The translations under genes and the position numbers were made by a program. The notes beneath the pieces were generated by a model that ran no database searches, was not told the origin of the DNA, and saw only the letters and a program-made list of their open reading frames with translations. 64,000 nt of DNA from Eledone cirrhosa (lineage: Eukaryota), in NCBI GenBank assembly GCA_964016885.1, contig OZ024753.1:13392001-13456000 (forward strand), written 5' to 3'. Positions 24,512-38,400 of this stretch are shown here, piece after piece (the stretch's first letter is position 1; the number at the start of each line of letters is the position of its first letter).

Positions 24512-24692
24512 ATTGGCAGTATCAGTAGAGGGTCGGACGCCATGCTTTCTAGCATAGTTACGACCTTTTATGGTATGAGTTCAAATCCCGCCGAGGTTAA
24601 CTTTGCCTTTCATCCTTACCTGGTCAATAAAATAAAGTACCAGTAATGTACTGGGTAATTGCTGGCCTTGTGGCAAAAGTAGAAACAATTAT
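24512..24692 (+). mobile_element. SINE family B
   Basis: TTGGCAGTATC.GTAGAGGGTCGGAC...GAGTTCAAATCCC (B box)...GCTGGCCTTGTG..AAAAGTAGAAACAATTAT. Confidence 0.8.
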
Positions 24693-25148
24693 ATTTGTAA
24701 TGTTATTCTGAAAGTATTGTGAGCAATTTGAAATGTTATTTATATATATATATATATATTACTTAATACACTCTATTTCATTTTATCACCACGCCTTCTA
24801 ATATCATGCTGATAATGAATAAATATCAATTACTATGTCATACAATTTTTTTCTTTCTTTTAGGAACCTAATATTATTTCTATAACTATTATCTGCAAAA
24901 AAAACCTTTTTTTTAAGTTAAAAACCTTAATCCACACATTCGAAAATGTATCTCGACAAAAGATCTATTTCAGAATAAAAACATTTATTAAGGTAAGAAA
25001 GTTAGAAGGAAATAAATTTAGAAGAATCACTAAACTGTACTTATGACAAAAGGTTTATTGGAATACCTGATATTAATATATTTAAATTACAGAATTAATA
25101 AATATTAGTAATATTGATGAAAATATATTTCTATAAATATATACTTAC

Positions 25149-25350
25149 AACAATTTATCAAATGTTAGCGGTAAAAATCAAAATAATCCGACCGGATATT
25201 ATATTACACACGAGGCGAGTAACAGTTTTCCACAGAGGACTTTAGCTGAATGTCAGATTACATACATTCCAAATACACCGTTTCTCAACCGGTGTTACAC
25301 TTGCGGAATGCTAGGGTTCGGCGTTTCAAGGGAACACCGGTTGAAAAACG
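25149..25350 (-). promoter_or_regulatory. BUB3: Probable BUB3 promoter and non-coding first exon
   Basis: Donor GTAAGT at 25148-25143 next to a CpG-containing patch; the acceptor just 5' of the ATG implies a UTR exon. TSS not determinable. Confidence 0.45.
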
Positions 25351-25454
25351 CTAGGTGTGGAAGTAGAGGTCAATGTTAAAATTTCAGTATTCAGTAATCC
25401 ATACAAACGTAGAAGCTTCTAGGCATATACGTTAGAATCACAAACACAACAGTG

Positions 25455-25868
25455 TTCGGTGCCACGATAAAAGGCACCCAGTCCACACTGTAAAGTGTTC
25501 GTGTAGATGCCACGATAAAAAGCACCAAAGTGGTCGTTTTGGTGCCACGATAAAAGGTACACAGTCCACACTATAAAGTGGTCGTTTTGGTGCTACGATG
25601 AAAGGCACCCAGTAGACACTGTAAAGTGGTAATTTTGGTGCCACGATAAAAGGCACCCAGTCCACACTGTAAAGTGGTCGTTTTGGTACTTCAATAAAAG
25701 GCACCCATTCCATAGTGTAAATCTGGTTGGCATAAAGAAGGGCATCCAGTTGTAGAAACCAAACCTGCGTGAGCAAGACAGTCTTCAGCTCTGACTTGTC
25801 TAACAACAGCACAACTTATCTAACCCATGCTAACGTGGAAAATGGATGTTAAATGGTGAAAATGATAT
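25455..25868 (+). mobile_element. Diverged SINE-A-type body with about 6 internal units
   Basis: Repeated GTGCCACGATAAAAGGCACCCAGTCCACACTGTAAAGTG, then the CTAACCCATGCTAACGTGGAAAATGGA tail. Confidence 0.7.
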
Positions 25869-27303
25869 GGTATTTGAGATACTGGTCCCCTGTCGTTGTT
25901 GACTGCTGCCTTTACCAATATATCAGATGTGGTATTTGAGATACTGAGTGGGCCCCTGTCGTTGTTGACTGCTGCCCTTACCAATATATCAGATGTGGTA
26001 TTTGAGATACTGGGTGGGCCCCTGTCGTTGTTGACTGCTCCCCTTACCAATATATCAGATGTGGTATTTGAGATACTGAGTGGGCCCCTGTCGTTGTTGA
26101 CTGCTGCCCTTACCAATATATCAGATGTGGTATTTGAGATACTGAGTGGGCCCCTGTCGTTGTTGACTGCTGCCCTTACCAATATATCAGATGTGGTATT
26201 TGAGATACTGAGTGGGCCCCTGTCGTTGTTGACTGCTCCCCTTACCAATATATCAGATGTGGTATTTGAGATACTGGTCCCCTGTCGTTGTTGACTGCTG
26301 CCTTTACCAATATATCAGATGTGGTATTTGAGATACTGAGTGGGCCCCTGTCGTTGTTGACTGCTCCCCTTACCAATATATCAGATGTGGTATTTGAGAT
26401 ACTGAGTGGGCCCCTGTCGTTGTTGACTGCTCCCCTTACCAATATATCAGATGTGGTATTTGAGATACTGGGCCCCTGTCGTTGTTGACTGCTGCCTTTA
26501 CCAATATATCAGATGTGGTATTTGAGATACTGAGTGGGCCCCTGTCGTTGTTGACTGCTCCCCTTACCAATATATCAGATGTGGTATTTGAGATACTGAG
26601 TGGGCCCCTGTCGTTGTTGACTGCTCCCCTTACCAATATATCAGATGTGGTATTTGAGATACTGGGCCCCTGTCGTTGTTGACTGCTGCCTTTACCAATA
26701 TATCAGATGTGGTATTTGAGATACTGAGTGGGCCCCTGTCGTTGTTGACTGCTGCCCTTACCAATATATCAGATGTGGTATTTGAGATACTGGGTGGGCC
26801 CCTGTCGTTGTTGACTGCTCCCCTTACCAATATATCAGATGTGGTATTTGAGATACTGAGTGGGCCCCTGTCGTTGTTGACTGCTCCCCTTACCAATATA
26901 TCAGATGTGGTATTTGAGATACTGAGTGGGCCCCTGTCGTTGTTGACTGCTCCCCTTACCAATATATCAGATGTGGTATTTGAGATACTGAGTGGGCCCC
27001 TGTCGTTGTTGACTGCTGCCCTTACCAATATATCAGATGTGGTATTTGAGATACTGGGTGGGCCCCTGTCGTTGTTGACTGCTCCCCTTACCAATATATC
27101 AGATGTGGTATTTGAGATACTGAGTGGGCCCCTGTCGTTGTTGACTGCTCCCCTTACCAATATATCAGATGTGGTATTTGAGATACTGAGTGGGCCCCTG
27201 TCGTTGTTGACTGCTCCCCTTACCAATATATCAGATGTGGTATTTGAGATACTGAGTGGGCCCCTGTCGTTGTTGACTGCTCCCCTTACCAATATATCAG
27301 ATG
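25868..27303. repeat. 66-bp minisatellite (~22 copies, with 62-bp variants)
   Basis: TATCAGATGTGGTATTTGAGATACTGAGTGGGCCCCTGTCGTTGTTGACTGCTCCCCTTACCAATA; 66+66+62 sub-period of 194 at 26242-26682. Confidence 0.97.
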
Positions 27304-27485
27304 CCAACAAGGGTACTTGGTTATTCCAGTATCTTACCTCGCTATCACAGCAATCCTGCAAGAGTATCGACTTGCCTCAATAATTATTTGAGAGGAAAAT
27401 CTAGCATCTCATGTTATGTGTGAGGGTCTTCTCCCACTTTTTAAATATATATAAAGTTGTTTTGGGTTCAAACGGGGGTAACCAC

Positions 27486-27536
27486 AGCTTCCTGATGATT
27501 TCTCACGAATGAAACAGTTCTATTCCTGTAGAAGCT
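27486..27536 (+). ncRNA. Type I hammerhead ribozyme fold
   Basis: AGCTTC-CTGATGA-TTTCTCACGAAT-GAA-ACAG TTCTATTC CTGT-A^GAAGCT. Stem I AGCTTC/GAAGCT, stem III ACAG/CTGT, GUA triplet; stem II short with a U-U first pair. Confidence 0.7.
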
Positions 27537-27691
27537 TTTCTATATTAAATATCTAGATATATATATATATATATATATCCAAAATTAAATTAAGGGTGTC
27601 ATGTCAGAGAGACATGCGCCATATCCACTGTAGAATATGCTCCAAGCATTTTATGTCAACTAGAAATTGATTGACATATATATATATATAT

Positions 27692-27833
27692 AAGTTTTAA
27701 TATAGATGAGATTCTACAGGACTAGAATCTCATCTAGTCCTGTAGAATCTCATCTATATTAAAACTTTTATACTCTGCTATGTATTGAGTACCTTACTTA
27801 CTGTGGTTACCTCCGATTCAACCCGGAATAACG
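27692..27833 (+). mobile_element. (TA)n-flanked fold-back element: 35-bp arms plus tail
   Basis: Arms 27692-27726 and 27733-27767. The right arm resembles the 3' side of the 27486 hammerhead; tail 27801-27832 is an inverted copy of 27457-27488. Confidence 0.65.
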
Positions 27834-28249
27834 TATATATATATATATATATAAAATAAACATATGAAACAATCACAGGGAATAATTTGTAAAAGTGTGT
27901 AAGCACACATAGCTAGGTAGGTAACTAATTAAAGTTTAACTAGAACTTCAAAAATAGATACCTTATAAATTGATTAATCAATTTATAAGGTATATATCCC
28001 ATCCATGCTTTGCCGTTCTCACACATTAACTTTCTACAAGAATGCCCCATGTTTTGATAAGTGATGTTAAGTCAAAACCATTCAATGTGAGTGTCAGACT
28101 CTGCCAAGGGAAGAGTGTTATCACTTCTCCTGTTCATAATCTTCATGAATAGTTTTGACATGCCCAGCCAGGCTTGAAATGGTACCAAGACTGGCAGATG
28201 TAGGATCAGTCAACTAAAATTTTCAGATGACATATTACTTAACTCGTCA

Positions 28250-28680
28250 CAAGGGAATCTCCAATATGCACATTGATAGGTCTGTTGGTGAGTGCTGCAT
28301 GGCTGGAATGGAATGAAAATCAGTGTTGTGAAGACTGAGGCAATCGTCCTCTCAAGGAAGCCACACATTGCAATCTACGTGTGAGTGGAGTTCCACTGAA
28401 GCTGGTGAAGTTTAATTGAGAGATCACAGCCAAGATACTAAGGATATATCATTAGAATGTCTGAGGAAAGAATCACAGAACAAATTTTATGGGCAAAAGC
28501 AACTGGCAGGAGACCCCGAGCAACGTTAGATAACATCCATGATCCCAACTGGTCACACTTGGAAATCCAGCCGAATCAATTGGAGATGGTTGCTTCTGAG
28601 AAGACCCACTGGAAAAGGCATGCTTGAGGACTCTTCCCCTATGACCCTCCCAGGAGTATGTGTGCAAAGGAGAAGAGAAA
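28250..28680 (+). mobile_element. Degraded RTE LINE fragment
   Basis: GVPLKL and IRMSEERITEQILW..TGRRPR remnants; related fragment at 22025-22145. Confidence 0.45.
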
Positions 28681-28882
28681 TTAATCGTGTTGTATAATAA
28701 TAGTTTCTAACCTAAGTATATAACTGGTACTTTATTTTATTAAACCCTGGTTTTTTGCACTGCTGATGCTATTTGCAACTGCTAACAGAAGGAGCAATAT
28801 GAAATAAAGGTTCTTGCTCAAGAACACAATACACCAACCAGTTCAGGAATTGAACCTATGAACCTTAAACCTCACTCCATCA

Positions 28883-29068
28883 GATTGGCAGTATCGGTAG
28901 AGGGTCGGACGTCATGCTTTACAGCATAGAATTACGGCCGTTTATGGTCCGAGTTCAAATCCCGCTGAGGTTAACTTTGCCTTTCATCCTTACGGGGTCG
29001 ATAAAATAAAGTACCAGTAATGCACTGGGGTAATTGCTGGCCTTGTGCCAAAGGTAGAAACAATTATT
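28883..29068 (+). mobile_element. SINE family B
   Basis: Same consensus as 24512-24692. Confidence 0.8.
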
Positions 29069-29477
29069 TGTAACAAGAAACAAAACAAAATAAAAATAAA
29101 AGCAAAATCTCATATTTGTTTTTTTTTTAATATCATTCAAGATATTTTCATTTTTTCTTTTTTTTAAATATTACTGTAAATATACACGCAAAGATGGGCT
29201 GGCACTTCATAATATATCATGAAATTAAATAAATAAATAAAAAGGGTTATATCTGAAATATCTGCCAATTACAAAGATGTACACATGCCTAACATCTTTA
29301 GGAAATGAGAAGCATTTACAAAAGACTAAAATAGATAAAACAGTGCCAAAAATAGAACCAAATATAACATATTAACAACTGTTTCAACACAGTCTTAAAG
29401 GAATTGTGATGCACCAAGCAGAACTAGCTGTTTAGGCATCAGAAGAGGATAGTGAAGAGAAGATGGTCATCAGATGT

Positions 29478-32400
29478 CTAAAGTTTGTCTCAAGCCAGGA
29501 GGCACATCAGGCCAGTGTTTATCCCGGTTTCGTAGCGTGAAGCAACTGACAAACTGAGAGTACATGACTTCCCCCTGGACAGGACACCAGTCCTTTGCAG
29601 AGTTGAAGTCTGTCTCGAGCCCAGAGGCTTGTCAGGCCAGTGTTTATCCCGGTTTCGTAGCGTGAAGCAACTGACAAACTGAGACTACATGACTCAACCC
29701 TGGACAGGACACCAGTCCATTGCAGGGTTGAAGTCTGTCTCGAGCCCAGAGGCTTTTCAGGCCAGTGTTTACCCCGGTTTCGTAGCGTGAAGCAACTGAC
29801 AAACTGAGAGTACATGACTTCCCCCTGGACAGGACACCAGTCCTTCGCAGGGTTGAAGTCTGTCTCGAGCCCAGAGGCTTGTCAGGCCAGTGTTTATCCC
29901 GGTTTTGTAGCGTGAAGCAACTGACAGAGTACATGACTTCCCCCTGGACAGGACACCAGTCCTTTGCAGGGTTGAAGTCTGTCTCGAGCCCAGAGGCTTG
30001 TCAGGCCAGTGTTTATCCCGGTTTTGTAGCGTGAAGCAACTGACAGAGTACATGACTTCCCCCTGGACAGGACACCAGTCCTTTGCAGGGTTGAAGTCTG
30101 TCTCAAGCCCAGAGGCTTGTCAGGCCAGTGTTTATCCTGGTTTCGTAGCGTGAAGCAACTGACAAACTGAGAGTACATGACTTCCCCCTGGACAGGACAC
30201 CAGTCCATTGCAGGGTTAAAGTCTGTCTCGAGCTTAGAGGCTTGTCAGGCCAGTGTTTATCCCGGTTTCATGGCGTGAAGCAACTGACAAACTGAGAGTA
30301 CATGACTTAACCCTGGACAGGACACCAGTCCATTGCAGGGTTAAAGTCTGTCTCGAGCCCAGAGGCTTGTCAGGCCAGTGTTTATCCCGGTTTCGTAGCG
30401 TGAAGCAACTGACAAACTGAGACTACATGACTCAACCCTGGACAGGACACCAGTCCTTTGCAGGGTTGAAGTCTGTCTCGAGCCCAGAGGCTTTTCAGGC
30501 CAGTGTTTACCCCGGTTTCGTAGCGTGAAGCAACTGACAAACTGAGAGTACATGACTTCCCCCTGGACAGGACACCAGTCCTTTGCAGGGTTGAAGTCTG
30601 TCTCGAGCCCAGAGGCTTGTCAGGCCAGTGTTTATCCTGGTTTCGTAGCGTGAAGCAACTGACAAACTGAGAGTACATGACTTCCCCCTGGACAGGACAC
30701 CAGTCCATTGCAGGGTTGAAGTCTGTCTCGAGCCCAGAGGCTTGTCAGGCCAGTGTTTATCCCGGTTTCGTAGCGTGAAGCAACTGACAAACTGAGAGTA
30801 CATGACTTCCCCCTGGACAGGACACCAGTCCATTGCAGGGTTAAAGTCTGTCTCGAGCTTAGAGGCTTGTCAGGCCAGTGTTTATCCCGGTTTCATGGCG
30901 TGAAGCAACTGACAAACTGAGAGTACATGACTTAACCCTGGACAGGACACCAGTCCATTGCAGGGTTAAAGTCTGTCTCGAGCCCAGAGGCTTGTCAGGC
31001 CAGTGTTTATCCCGGTTTCGTAGCGTGAAGCAACTGACAAACTGAGACTACATGACTCAACCCTGGACAGGACACCAGTCCTTTGCAGGGTTGAAGTCTG
31101 TCTCGAGCCCAGAGGCTTTTCAGGCCAGTGTTTACCCCGGTTTCGTAGCGTGAAGCAACTGACAAACTGAGAGTACATGACTTCCCCCTGGACAGGACAC
31201 CAGTCCTTTGCAGGGTTGAAGTCTGTCTCGAGCCCAGAGGCTTGTCAGGCCAGTGTTTATCCTGGTTTCGTAGCGTGAAGCAACTGACAAACTGAGAGTA
31301 CATGACTTCCCCCTGGACAGGACACCAGTCCATTGCAGGGTTGAAGTCTGTCTCGAGCCCAGAGGCTTGTCAGGCCAGTGTTTATCCCGGTTTCGTAGCG
31401 TGAAGCAACTGACAAACTGAGAGTACATGACTTCCCCCTGGACAAGACACCAGTCCATTGCAGGGTTAAAGTCTGTCTCGAGCTTAGAGGCTTGTCAGGC
31501 CAGTGTTTATCCCGGTTTCATGGCGTGAAGCAACTGACAAACTGAGAGTACATGACTTAACCCTGGACAGGACACCAGTCCATTGCGGGGTTAAAGTCTG
31601 TCTCGAGCCCAGAGGCTTGTCAGGCCAGTGTTTATCCCGGTTTCGTAGCGTGAAGCAACTGACAAACTGAGAGTACATGACTTAACCCTGGACAGGACAC
31701 CAGTCCATTGCAGGGTTGAAGTCTGTCTCGAGCCCAGAGGCTTGTCAGGCCAGTGTTTATCCCGGTTTTGTAGCGTGAAGCAACTGACAGAGTACATGAC
31801 TTCCCCCTGGATAGGACACCAGTCCTTTGCAGGGTTGAAGTCTGTCTCGAGCCCAGAGGCTTGTCAGGCCAGTGTTTATCCCGGTTTCATGGCGTGAAGC
31901 AACTGAGAGTACATGACTTCCTCCTGGATAGGACACCAGTCCATTGCAGGGTTGAAGTCTGTCTCGAGCCCAGAGGCTTGTCAGGCCAGTGTTTATCCCG
32001 GTTTTGTAGCGTGAAGCAACTGACAGAGTACATGACTTCCCCCTGGATAGGACACCAGTCCTTTGCAGGGTTGAAGTCTGTCTCGAGCCCAGAGGCTTGT
32101 CAGGCCAGTGTTTATCCCGGTTTTGTAGCGTGAAGCAACTGACAGAGTACATGACTTCCCCCTGGACAGGACACCAGTCCTTTGCAGGGTTGAAGTCTGT
32201 CTCGAGCCCAGAGGCTTGTCAGGCCAGTGTTTATCCCGGTTTTGTAGCGTGAAGCAACTGACAGAGTACATGACTTCCCCCTGGACAGGACACCAGTCCT
32301 TTGCAGGGTTGAAGTCTGTCTCGAGCCCAGAGGCTTGTCAGGCCAGTGTTTATCCTGGTTTCGTAGCGTGAAGCAACTGACAAACTGAGAGTACATGACT

Positions 32401-35400
32401 TCCCCCTGGACAGGACACCAGTCCATTGCAGGGTTGAAGTCTGTCTCGAGCCCAGAGGCTTGTCAGGCCAGTGTTTATCCCGGTTTCGTAGCGTGAAGCA
32501 ACTGACAAACTGAGAGTACATGACTTCCCCCTGGACAGGACACCAGTCCATTGCAGGGTTAAAGTCTGTCTCGAGCTTAGAGGCTTGTCAGGCCAGTGTT
32601 TATCCCAGTTTTATGGCGTGAAGCAACTGACAAACTGAGAGTACATGACTTAACCCTGGACAGGACACCAGTCCATTGCAGGGTTAAAGTCTGTCTCGAG
32701 CCCAGAGGCTTGTCAGGCCAGTGTTTATCCCGGTTTCGTAGCGTGAAGCAACTGACAAACTGAGACTACATGACTCAACCCTGGACAGGACACCAGTCCT
32801 TTGCAGGGTTGAAGTCTGTCTCGAGCCCAGAGGCTTTTCAGGCCAGTGTTTACCCCGGTTTCGTAGCGTGAAGCAACTGACAAACTGAGAGTACATGACT
32901 TCCCCCTGGACAGGACACCAGTCCTTTGCAGGGTTGAAGTCTGTCTCGAGCCCAGAGGCTTGTCAGGCCAGTGTTTATCCTGGTTTCGTAGCGTGAAGCA
33001 ACTGACAAACTGAGAGTACATGACTTCCCCCTGGACAGGACACCAGTCCATTGCAGGGTTGAAGTCTGTCTCGAGCCCAGAGGCTTGTCAGGCCAGTGTT
33101 TATCCCGGTTTCGTAGCGTGAAGCAACTGACAAACTGAGAGTACATGACTTCCCCCTGGACAAGACACCAGTCCATTGCAGGGTTAAAGTCTGTCTCGAG
33201 CTTAGAGGCTTGTCAGGCCAGTGTTTATCCCGGTTTCATGGCGTGAAGCAACTGACAAACTGAGAGTACATGACTTAACCCTGGACAGGACACCAGTCCA
33301 TTGCGGGGTTAAAGTCTGTCTCGAGCCCAGAGGCTTTTCAGGCCAGTGTTTACCCCGGTTTCGTAGCGTGAAGCAACTGACAAACTGAGAGTACATGACT
33401 TCCCCCTGGACAGGACACCAGTCCTTTGCAGGGTTGAAGTCTGTCTCGAGCCCAGAGGCTTGTCAGGCCAGTGTTTATCCCGGTTTTGTAGCGTGAAGCA
33501 ACTGACAGAGTACATGACTTCCCCCTGGACAGGACACCAGTCCTTTGCAGGGTTGAAGTCTGTCTCGAGCCCAGAGGCTTGTCAGGCCAGTGTTTATCCC
33601 GGTTTTGTAGCGTGAAGCAACTGACAGAGTACATGACTTCCCCCTGGACAGGACACCAGTCCTTTGCAGGGTTGAAGTCTGTCTCGAGCCCAGAGGCTTG
33701 TCAGGCCAGTGTTTATCCCGGTTTCATGGCGTGAAGCAACTGACAAACTGAGAGTACATGACTTAACCCTGGACAGGACACCAGTCCATTGCGGGGTTAA
33801 AGTCTGTCTCGAGCCCAGAGGCTTGTCAGGCCAGTGTTTATCCCGGTTTCGTAGCGTGAAGCAACTGACAAACTGAGAGTACATGACTTAACCCTGGACA
33901 GGACACCAGTCCATTGCAGGGTTGAAGTCTGTCTCGAGCCCAGAGGCTTGTCAGGCCAGTGTTTATCCCGGTTTTGTAGCGTGAAGCAACTGACAGAGTA
34001 CATGACTTCCCCCTGGATAGGACACCAGTCCTTTGCAGGGTTGAAGTCTGTCTCGAGCCCAGAGGCTTGTCAGGCCAGTGTTTATCCCGGTTTCATGGCG
34101 TGAAGCAACTGAGAGTACATGACTTCCTCCTGGATAGGACACCAGTCCATTGCAGGGTTGAAGTCTGTCTCGAGCCCAGAGGCTTGTCAGGCCAGTGTTT
34201 ATCCCGGTTTTGTAGCGTGAAGCAACTGACAGAGTACATGACTTCCCCCTGGATAGGACACCAGTCCTTTGCAGGGTTGAAGTCTGTCTCGAGCCCAGAG
34301 GCTTGTCAGGCCAGTGTTTATCCCGGTTTTGTAGCGTGAAGCAACTGACAGAGTACATGACTTCCCCCTGGACAGGACACCAGTCCTTTGCAGGGTTGAA
34401 GTCTGTCTCGAGCCCAGAGGCTTGTCAGGCCAGTGTTTATCCCGGTTTTGTAGCGTGAAGCAACTGACAGAGTACATGACTTCCCCCTGGACAGGACACC
34501 AGTCCTTTGCAGGGTTGAAGTCTGTCTCGAGCCCAGAGGCTTGTCAGGCCAGTGTTTATCCTGGTTTCGTAGCGTGAAGCAACTGACAAACTGAGAGTAC
34601 ATGACTTCCCCCTGGACAGGACACCAGTCCATTGCAGGGTTGAAGTCTGTCTCGAGCCCAGAGGCTTGTCAGGCCAGTGTTTATCCCGGTTTCGTAGCGT
34701 GAAGCAACTGACAAACTGAGAGTACATGACTTCCCCCTGGACAGGACACCAGTCCATTGCAGGGTTAAAGTCTGTCTCGAGCTTAGAGGCTTGTCAGGCC
34801 AGTGTTTATCCCAGTTTTATGGCGTGAAGCAACTGACAAACTGAGAGTACATGACTTAACCCTGGACAGGACACCAGTCCATTGCAGGGTTAAAGTCTGT
34901 CTCGAGCCCAGAGGCTTGTCAGGCCAGTGTTTATCCCGGTTTCGTAGCGTGAAGCAACTGACAAACTGAGACTACATGACTCAACCCTGGACAGGACACC
35001 AGTCCTTTGCAGGGTTGAAGTCTGTCTCGAGCCCAGAGGCTTTTCAGGCCAGTGTTTACCCCGGTTTCGTAGCGTGAAGCAACTGACAAACTGAGAGTAC
35101 ATGACTTCCCCCTGGACAGGACACCAGTCCTTTGCAGGGTTGAAGTCTGTCTCGAGCCCAGAGGCTTGTCAGGCCAGTGTTTATCCTGGTTTCGTAGCGT
35201 GAAGCAACTGACAAACTGAGAGTACATGACTTCCCCCTGGACAGGACACCAGTCCATTGCAGGGTTGAAGTCTGTCTCGAGCCCAGAGGCTTGTCAGGCC
35301 AGTGTTTATCCCGGTTTCGTAGCGTGAAGCAACTGACAAACTGAGAGTACATGACTTCCCCCTGGACAAGACACCAGTCCATTGCAGGGTTAAAGTCTGT

Positions 35401-38400
35401 CTCGAGCTTAGAGGCTTGTCAGGCCAGTGTTTATCCCGGTTTCATGGCGTGAAGCAACTGACAAACTGAGAGTACATGACTTAACCCTGGACAGGACACC
35501 AGTCCATTGCGGGGTTAAAGTCTGTCTCGAGCCCAGAGGCTTTTCAGGCCAGTGTTTACCCCGGTTTCGTAGCGTGAAGCAACTGACAAACTGAGAGTAC
35601 ATGACTTCCCCCTGGACAGGACACCAGTCCTTTGCAGGGTTGAAGTCTGTCTCGAGCCCAGAGGCTTGTCAGGCCAGTGTTTATCCCGGTTTTGTAGCGT
35701 GAAGCAACTGACAGAGTACATGACTTCCCCCTGGACAGGACACCAGTCCTTTGCAGGGTTGAAGTCTGTCTCGAGCCCAGAGGCTTGTCAGGCCAGTGTT
35801 TATCCCGGTTTTGTAGCGTGAAGCAACTGACAGAGTACATGACTTCCCCCTGGACAGGACACCAGTCCTTTGCAGGGTTGAAGTCTGTCTCGAGCCCAGA
35901 GGCTTGTCAGGCCAGTGTTTATCCTGGTTTCGTAGCGTGAAGCAACTGACAAACTGAGAGTACATGACTTCCCCCTGGACAGGACACCAGTCCATTGCAG
36001 GGTTGAAGTCTGTCTCGAGCCCAGAGGCTTGTCAGGCCAGTGTTTATCCCGGTTTCGTAGCGTGAAGCAACTGACAAACTGAGAGTACATGACTTCCCCC
36101 TGGACAGGACACCAGTCCATTGCAGGGTTAAAGTCTGTCTCGAGCTTAGAGGCTTGTCAGGCCAGTGTTTATCCCGGTTTCATGGCGTGAAGCAACTGAC
36201 AAACTGAGAGTACATGACTTAACCCTGGACAGGACACCAGTCCATTGCAGGGTTAAAGTCTGTCTCGAGCCCAGAGGCTTGTCAGGCCAGTGTTTATCCC
36301 GGTTTCGTAGCGTGAAGCAACTGACAAACTGAGACTACATGACTCAACCCTGGACAGGACACCAGTCCTTTGCAGGGTTGAAGTCTGTCTCGAGCCCAGA
36401 GGCTTTTCAGGCCAGTGTTTACCCCGGTTTCGTAGCGTGAAGCAACTGACAAACTGAGAGTACATGACTTCCCCCTGGACAGGACACCAGTCCTTTGCAG
36501 GGTTGAAGTCTGTCTCGAGCCCAGAGGCTTGTCAGGCCAGTGTTTATCCTGGTTTCGTAGCGTGAAGCAACTGACAAACTGAGAGTACATGACTTCCCCC
36601 TGGACAGGACACCAGTCCATTGCAGGGTTGAAGTGTGTCTCGAGCCCAGAGGCTTGTCAGGCCAGTGTTTATCCCGGTTTCGTAGCGTGAAGCAACTGAC
36701 AAACTGAGAGTACATGACTTCCCCCTGGACAGGACACCAGTCCATTGCAGGGTTAAAGTCTGTCTCGAGCTTAGAGGCTTGTCAGGCCAGTGTTTATCCC
36801 GGTTTCATGGCGTGAAGCAACTGACAAACTGAGAGTACATGACTTAACCCTGGACAGGACACCAGTCCATTGCAGGGTTAAAGTCTGTCTCGAGCCCAGA
36901 GGCTTGTCAGGCCAGTGTTTATCCCGGTTTCGTAGCGTGAAGCAACTGACAAACTGAGAGTACATGACTTCCCCCTGGACAGGACACCAGTCCTTTGCAG
37001 GGTTGAAGTCTGTCTCGAGCCCAGAGGCTTGTCAGGCCAGTGTTTATCCTGGTTTCGTAGCGTGAAGCAACTGACAAACTGAGAGTACATGACTTCCCCC
37101 TGGACAGGACACCAGTCCATTGCAGGGTTGAAGTCTGTCTCGAGCCCAGAGGCTTGTCAGGCCAGTGTTTATCCCGGTTTCGTAGCGTGAAGCAACTGAC
37201 AAACTGAGAGTACATGACTTCCCCCTGGACAAGACACCAGTCCATTGCAGGGTTAAAGTCTGTCTCGAGCTTAGAGGCTTGTCAGGCCAGTGTTTATCCC
37301 GGTTTCATGGCGTGAAGCAACTGAGAGTACATGACTTCCTCCTGGATAGGACACCAGTCCATTGCAGGGTTGAAGTCTGTCTCGAGCCCAGAGGCTTGTC
37401 AGGCCAGTGTTTATCCCGGTTTTGTAGCGTGAAGCAACTGACAGAGTACATGACTTCCCTCTGGATAGGACACCAGTCCTTTGCAGGGTTGAAGTCTGTC
37501 TCGAGCCCAGAGGCTTGTCAGGCCAGTGTTTATCCCGGTTTTGTAGCGTGAAGCAACTGACAGAGTACATGACTTCCCCCTGGACAGGACACCAGTCCTT
37601 TGCAGGGTTGAAGTCTGTCTCGAGCCCAGAGGCTTGTCAGGCCAGTGTTTATCCCGGTTTTGTAGCGTGAAGCAACTGACAGAGTACATGACTTCCCCCT
37701 GGACAGGACACCAGTCCTTTGCAGGGTTGAAGTCTGTCTCGAGCCCAGAGGCTTGTCAGGCCAGTGTTTATCCTGGTTTCGTAGCGTGAAGCAACTGACA
37801 AACTGAGAGTACATGACTTCCCCCTGGACAGGACACCAGTCCATTCCAGGGTTGAAGTCTGTCTCGAGCCCAGAGGCTTGTCAGGCCAGTGTTTATCCCG
37901 GTTTCGTAGCGTGAAGCAACTGACAAACTGAGAGTACATGACTTCCCCCTGGACAGGACACCAGTCCATTGCAGGGTTAAAGTCTGTCTCGAGCTTAGAG
38001 GCTTGTCAGGCCAGTGTTTATCCCAGTTTTATGGCGTGAAGCAACTGACAAACTGAGAGTACATGACTTAACCCTGGACAGGACACCAGTCCATTGCAGG
38101 GTTAAAGTCTGTCTCGAGCCCAGAGGCTTGTCAGGCCAGTGTTTATCCCGGTTTCGTAGCGTGAAGCAACTGACAAACTGAGACTACATGACTCAACCCT
38201 GGACAGGACACCAGTCCTTTGCAGGGTTGAAGTCTGTCTCGAGCCCAGAGGCTTTTCAGGCCAGTGTTTACCCCGGTTTCGTAGCGTGAAGCAACTGACA
38301 AACTGAGAGTACATGACTTCCCCCTGGACAGGACACCAGTCCTTTGCAGGGTTGAAGTCTGTCTCGAGCCCAGAGGCTTGTCAGGCCAGTGTTTATCCTG

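Noticed and set aside
25820-27383. Long repetitive ORFs on both strands (243 and 235 aa)
   Set aside because: The 66-bp unit is stop-free by chance; 62-bp variants shift frame and there is no splice context.
29600-29660. Hammerhead-like look of the satellite unit (CTGACAAGCC..GGCTCGAGAC)
   Set aside because: Lacks the CUGANGA and GAAA core in the required arrangement.
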